In this document: positions 62,101-64,000 of the stretch, one piece after another | How positions within the stretch are numbered: position 1 is the stretch's first letter | Layout: each line of letters opens with the position of its first letter | Source: Takakia lepidozioides | Lineage: Eukaryota > Plantae > Bryophyta | Length of the DNA stretch: 64,000 nt | Assembly (NCBI GenBank): GCA_030704615.1 | Contig: CM060734.1 | Location: 30,008,001 to 30,072,000, forward strand | Reading direction: 5' to 3' | The notes under the pieces: generated by a model | What the model saw: only the letters and a program-made list of their open reading frames with translations | Databases searched by the model: none | What the model was told of the DNA's origin: nothing | Made by a program: the position numbers and the translations under genes

Positions 62101-62869
62101 TGGATTACCTCTCCCTTCCATACCATTGTTATAACCACCAGGCCTACCATAGTGGTCCTGATCACTGTTTCTTCTTGGTTGGGGCTGCACTTGATGCACC
62201 CTTACTTGTCTAGGTTCTCTTGCAGTTGTCCTTCTAAATAATAATTCTCGGTAGAATGGTTATCCATTTTAAAGATAGTACAATGTTTCTCCTTTCATGT
62301 GGCATTCAGCTGTGGTATGGCCTTCATTCTGGCATTTTGCACACCAAACACCCTTCCTCCAATGCGTTGCAGCCTCTGTGGCATACTTCTTTAAGATTTC
62401 TTCTAATCTTCTCTCATAGTTATCCCTCTTCAACTTTTCCTTCTTCTTACTCTTCTTCTTGAGCTCTTGCTCTTGAGCTCTTGCTCTTCTTCCTCATCTG
62501 ACTCATCCTCAGAGTCCTCATCATCCTTTTTCTCTCTCCTGAGCATTCCCAATTGCTCAATTCTGTTAGCTGTTTCAAATGCTTCCTCCACCGTATTATG
62601 GGGTAGCATATCCACCTTCTTTTGCAACTCTGGTCTTAGTCCACTCACAAACCAAGGCTTCTGTAATCCTGGTGCTGGTACAACAGCCAACTTTTTCATC
62701 ATCAATTCCATCTTTTCCATGTACTCTTCAACAATTTCATGCTTCTTTTTCTTTAACTGTTGTAAACTTCCATACACTTCATCGTCAGTTTTACTTGTCT
62801 TGAACCTATTTTGGAATGCTGTACTTAAGCCATTCCAGGTTAGGAAATGATTATCTGGAAATCTTGCAT
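59167..62869 (-). mobile_element. Internally deleted family B copy: 3' LTR 59167-60078, PPT, tail of extra ORF joined to RT N-terminus near 60245, PR, partial gag
   Basis: LTR homologous to 27702-28810; ORFs 60236-60862, 60844-61752, 61795-62199, 62430-62912 match the full copy. Confidence 0.93.
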
Positions 62870-64000
62870 TGTAGTGTGAATGCAGGGGAGTGACATTGAA
62901 ATTTTTGTTCACCGAGATTCTGCATTTCTACAAAAGAGAGGGCCCTGGTACCAATGTGAAAATAGGTTGAGTTGTCCCTGCAATTTATTCCATACATGTT
63001 TTTAGGTTACATCATGGGAACGATGGGGACTCTTGGCCAGGATGAAATGCTCAATTTATTTCATACATGCTATGGGCGGAATTCATCCCTGCCTACAGGT
63101 TATTTCATGGGCACACTATGCTGATACTTTGCCAGGATGAGAGTGGCTAAGTCATGACCAGGAGTATTTTCATTCGGAGGATGAATGGATTACATCCATG
63201 CTTACTGGATGACTCCCAGGAACGAGGACGAAGGATCCAGTACCAAGGATGCAATGAATTTGTGATTAACTCTGTTAATGAAACCTAGCACGTTTTCCGT
63301 TCGTCAAAATGGATGACTTTCATCATTGGTGGTTACCCTAGAAACGCGGGACGAGGAAGATGAAGGGGAAGATGACGGGGGCTCTGAGCAGATGCTGCGA
63401 ACAGTGGAATTGGAAGGGCATTGTGTCAAAGGCGATTGCATCTACACTGGGGCATTCTGCCTTGCATTAAGGGAAGTGTTAATGTAGAGGATAAGGGCAC
63501 AGCTTGGTAATCTGTGCAGCAAGGGAAGCAGTGCCGCCATCTTCTTGGTAATGATCAATTTCTGGAGGATATGCTTACAGGGAGATCGGTGTGGCATGCG
63601 ATGGAGCAATCAGTTAACAGGCGGTGCCGTTGCTGCTATGGTGAATGGGTAGCTTAGGGCTTGCTGGAGGATAATCGTGCAGGGAACAGCTTGGAAGAGT
63701 TGTGCTCAAGCCAGGTGAAGGGAGGCGGTGCTGTCACTAATCTTGTGCAACCACCAAATCCGCCATTGCCTTGATGAACATGATCATGGGAATGCCGAAA
63801 TATACCTCTGCAAGATGTGAATGCTGGGTAATTGGGGCACGGTCCACTGCGTATTTCGGTGCCAAAATACTTTGTGCATTGAGAACTTCCTCTTGCATGA
63901 TGCATCAATAGAATGATTTTTGCTGAACTGCCTCGTGATTGCAGGTACATAAACTTTGCACTCATTCCGTCCGGAGCCATTCAAAGGGTTTCACCATTCT
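62870..64000. other. Unidentified sequence interrupting family B gag; starts TGTAG, possibly another LTR element
   Basis: Homology to gag stops abruptly at 62869; other end is not in the window. Confidence 0.35.

Overview
Eukaryotic, almost certainly land-plant, repeat-rich DNA: decayed PLS-DYW PPR genes are buried under nested transposons, and no intact host gene is evident. Family A is a Ty3/gypsy element with a DDE integrase ending in a PHD finger (copies at 1-2926, 5942-6904, 14056-14956 and 31214-58069). The long copy carries a decayed DNMT3-like C5 cytosine methyltransferase between protease and RT and a tRNA-independent self-priming site. Its termini are not normal LTRs: they read Y-internal-PPT-X-gc-Y-t-X with 4-bp TSDs. 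This is a circular permutation of an X+Y LTR opened at the palindrome GACA^GCTGTC, which suggests integration from a 2-LTR circle. TSDs swapped between two inverted copies record a ~16.3-kb inversion (14957-31213). Family B is a non-chromovirus gypsy: a full copy at 15266-28810 (5-bp TSD) with a long extra ORF in frame with integrase, plus two deleted copies. Inside family A gag sits a 14.7-kb Mutator-like element (36336-51017). It encodes a GCM-like/MULE/SWIM transposase and a divergent multi-exon ParB-like + beta-class amino-methyltransferase-like gene, and carries >40 copies of the palindrome GGAAATGCGGNNCCGCATTTCC, mostly at ~53-bp spacing. A second decayed GCM-MULE transposase (7489-10991), a hAT-type MITE and a captured ParB-like fragment inside a DYW domain are also present. 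All domain calls are by motif recognition only; no searches were run.
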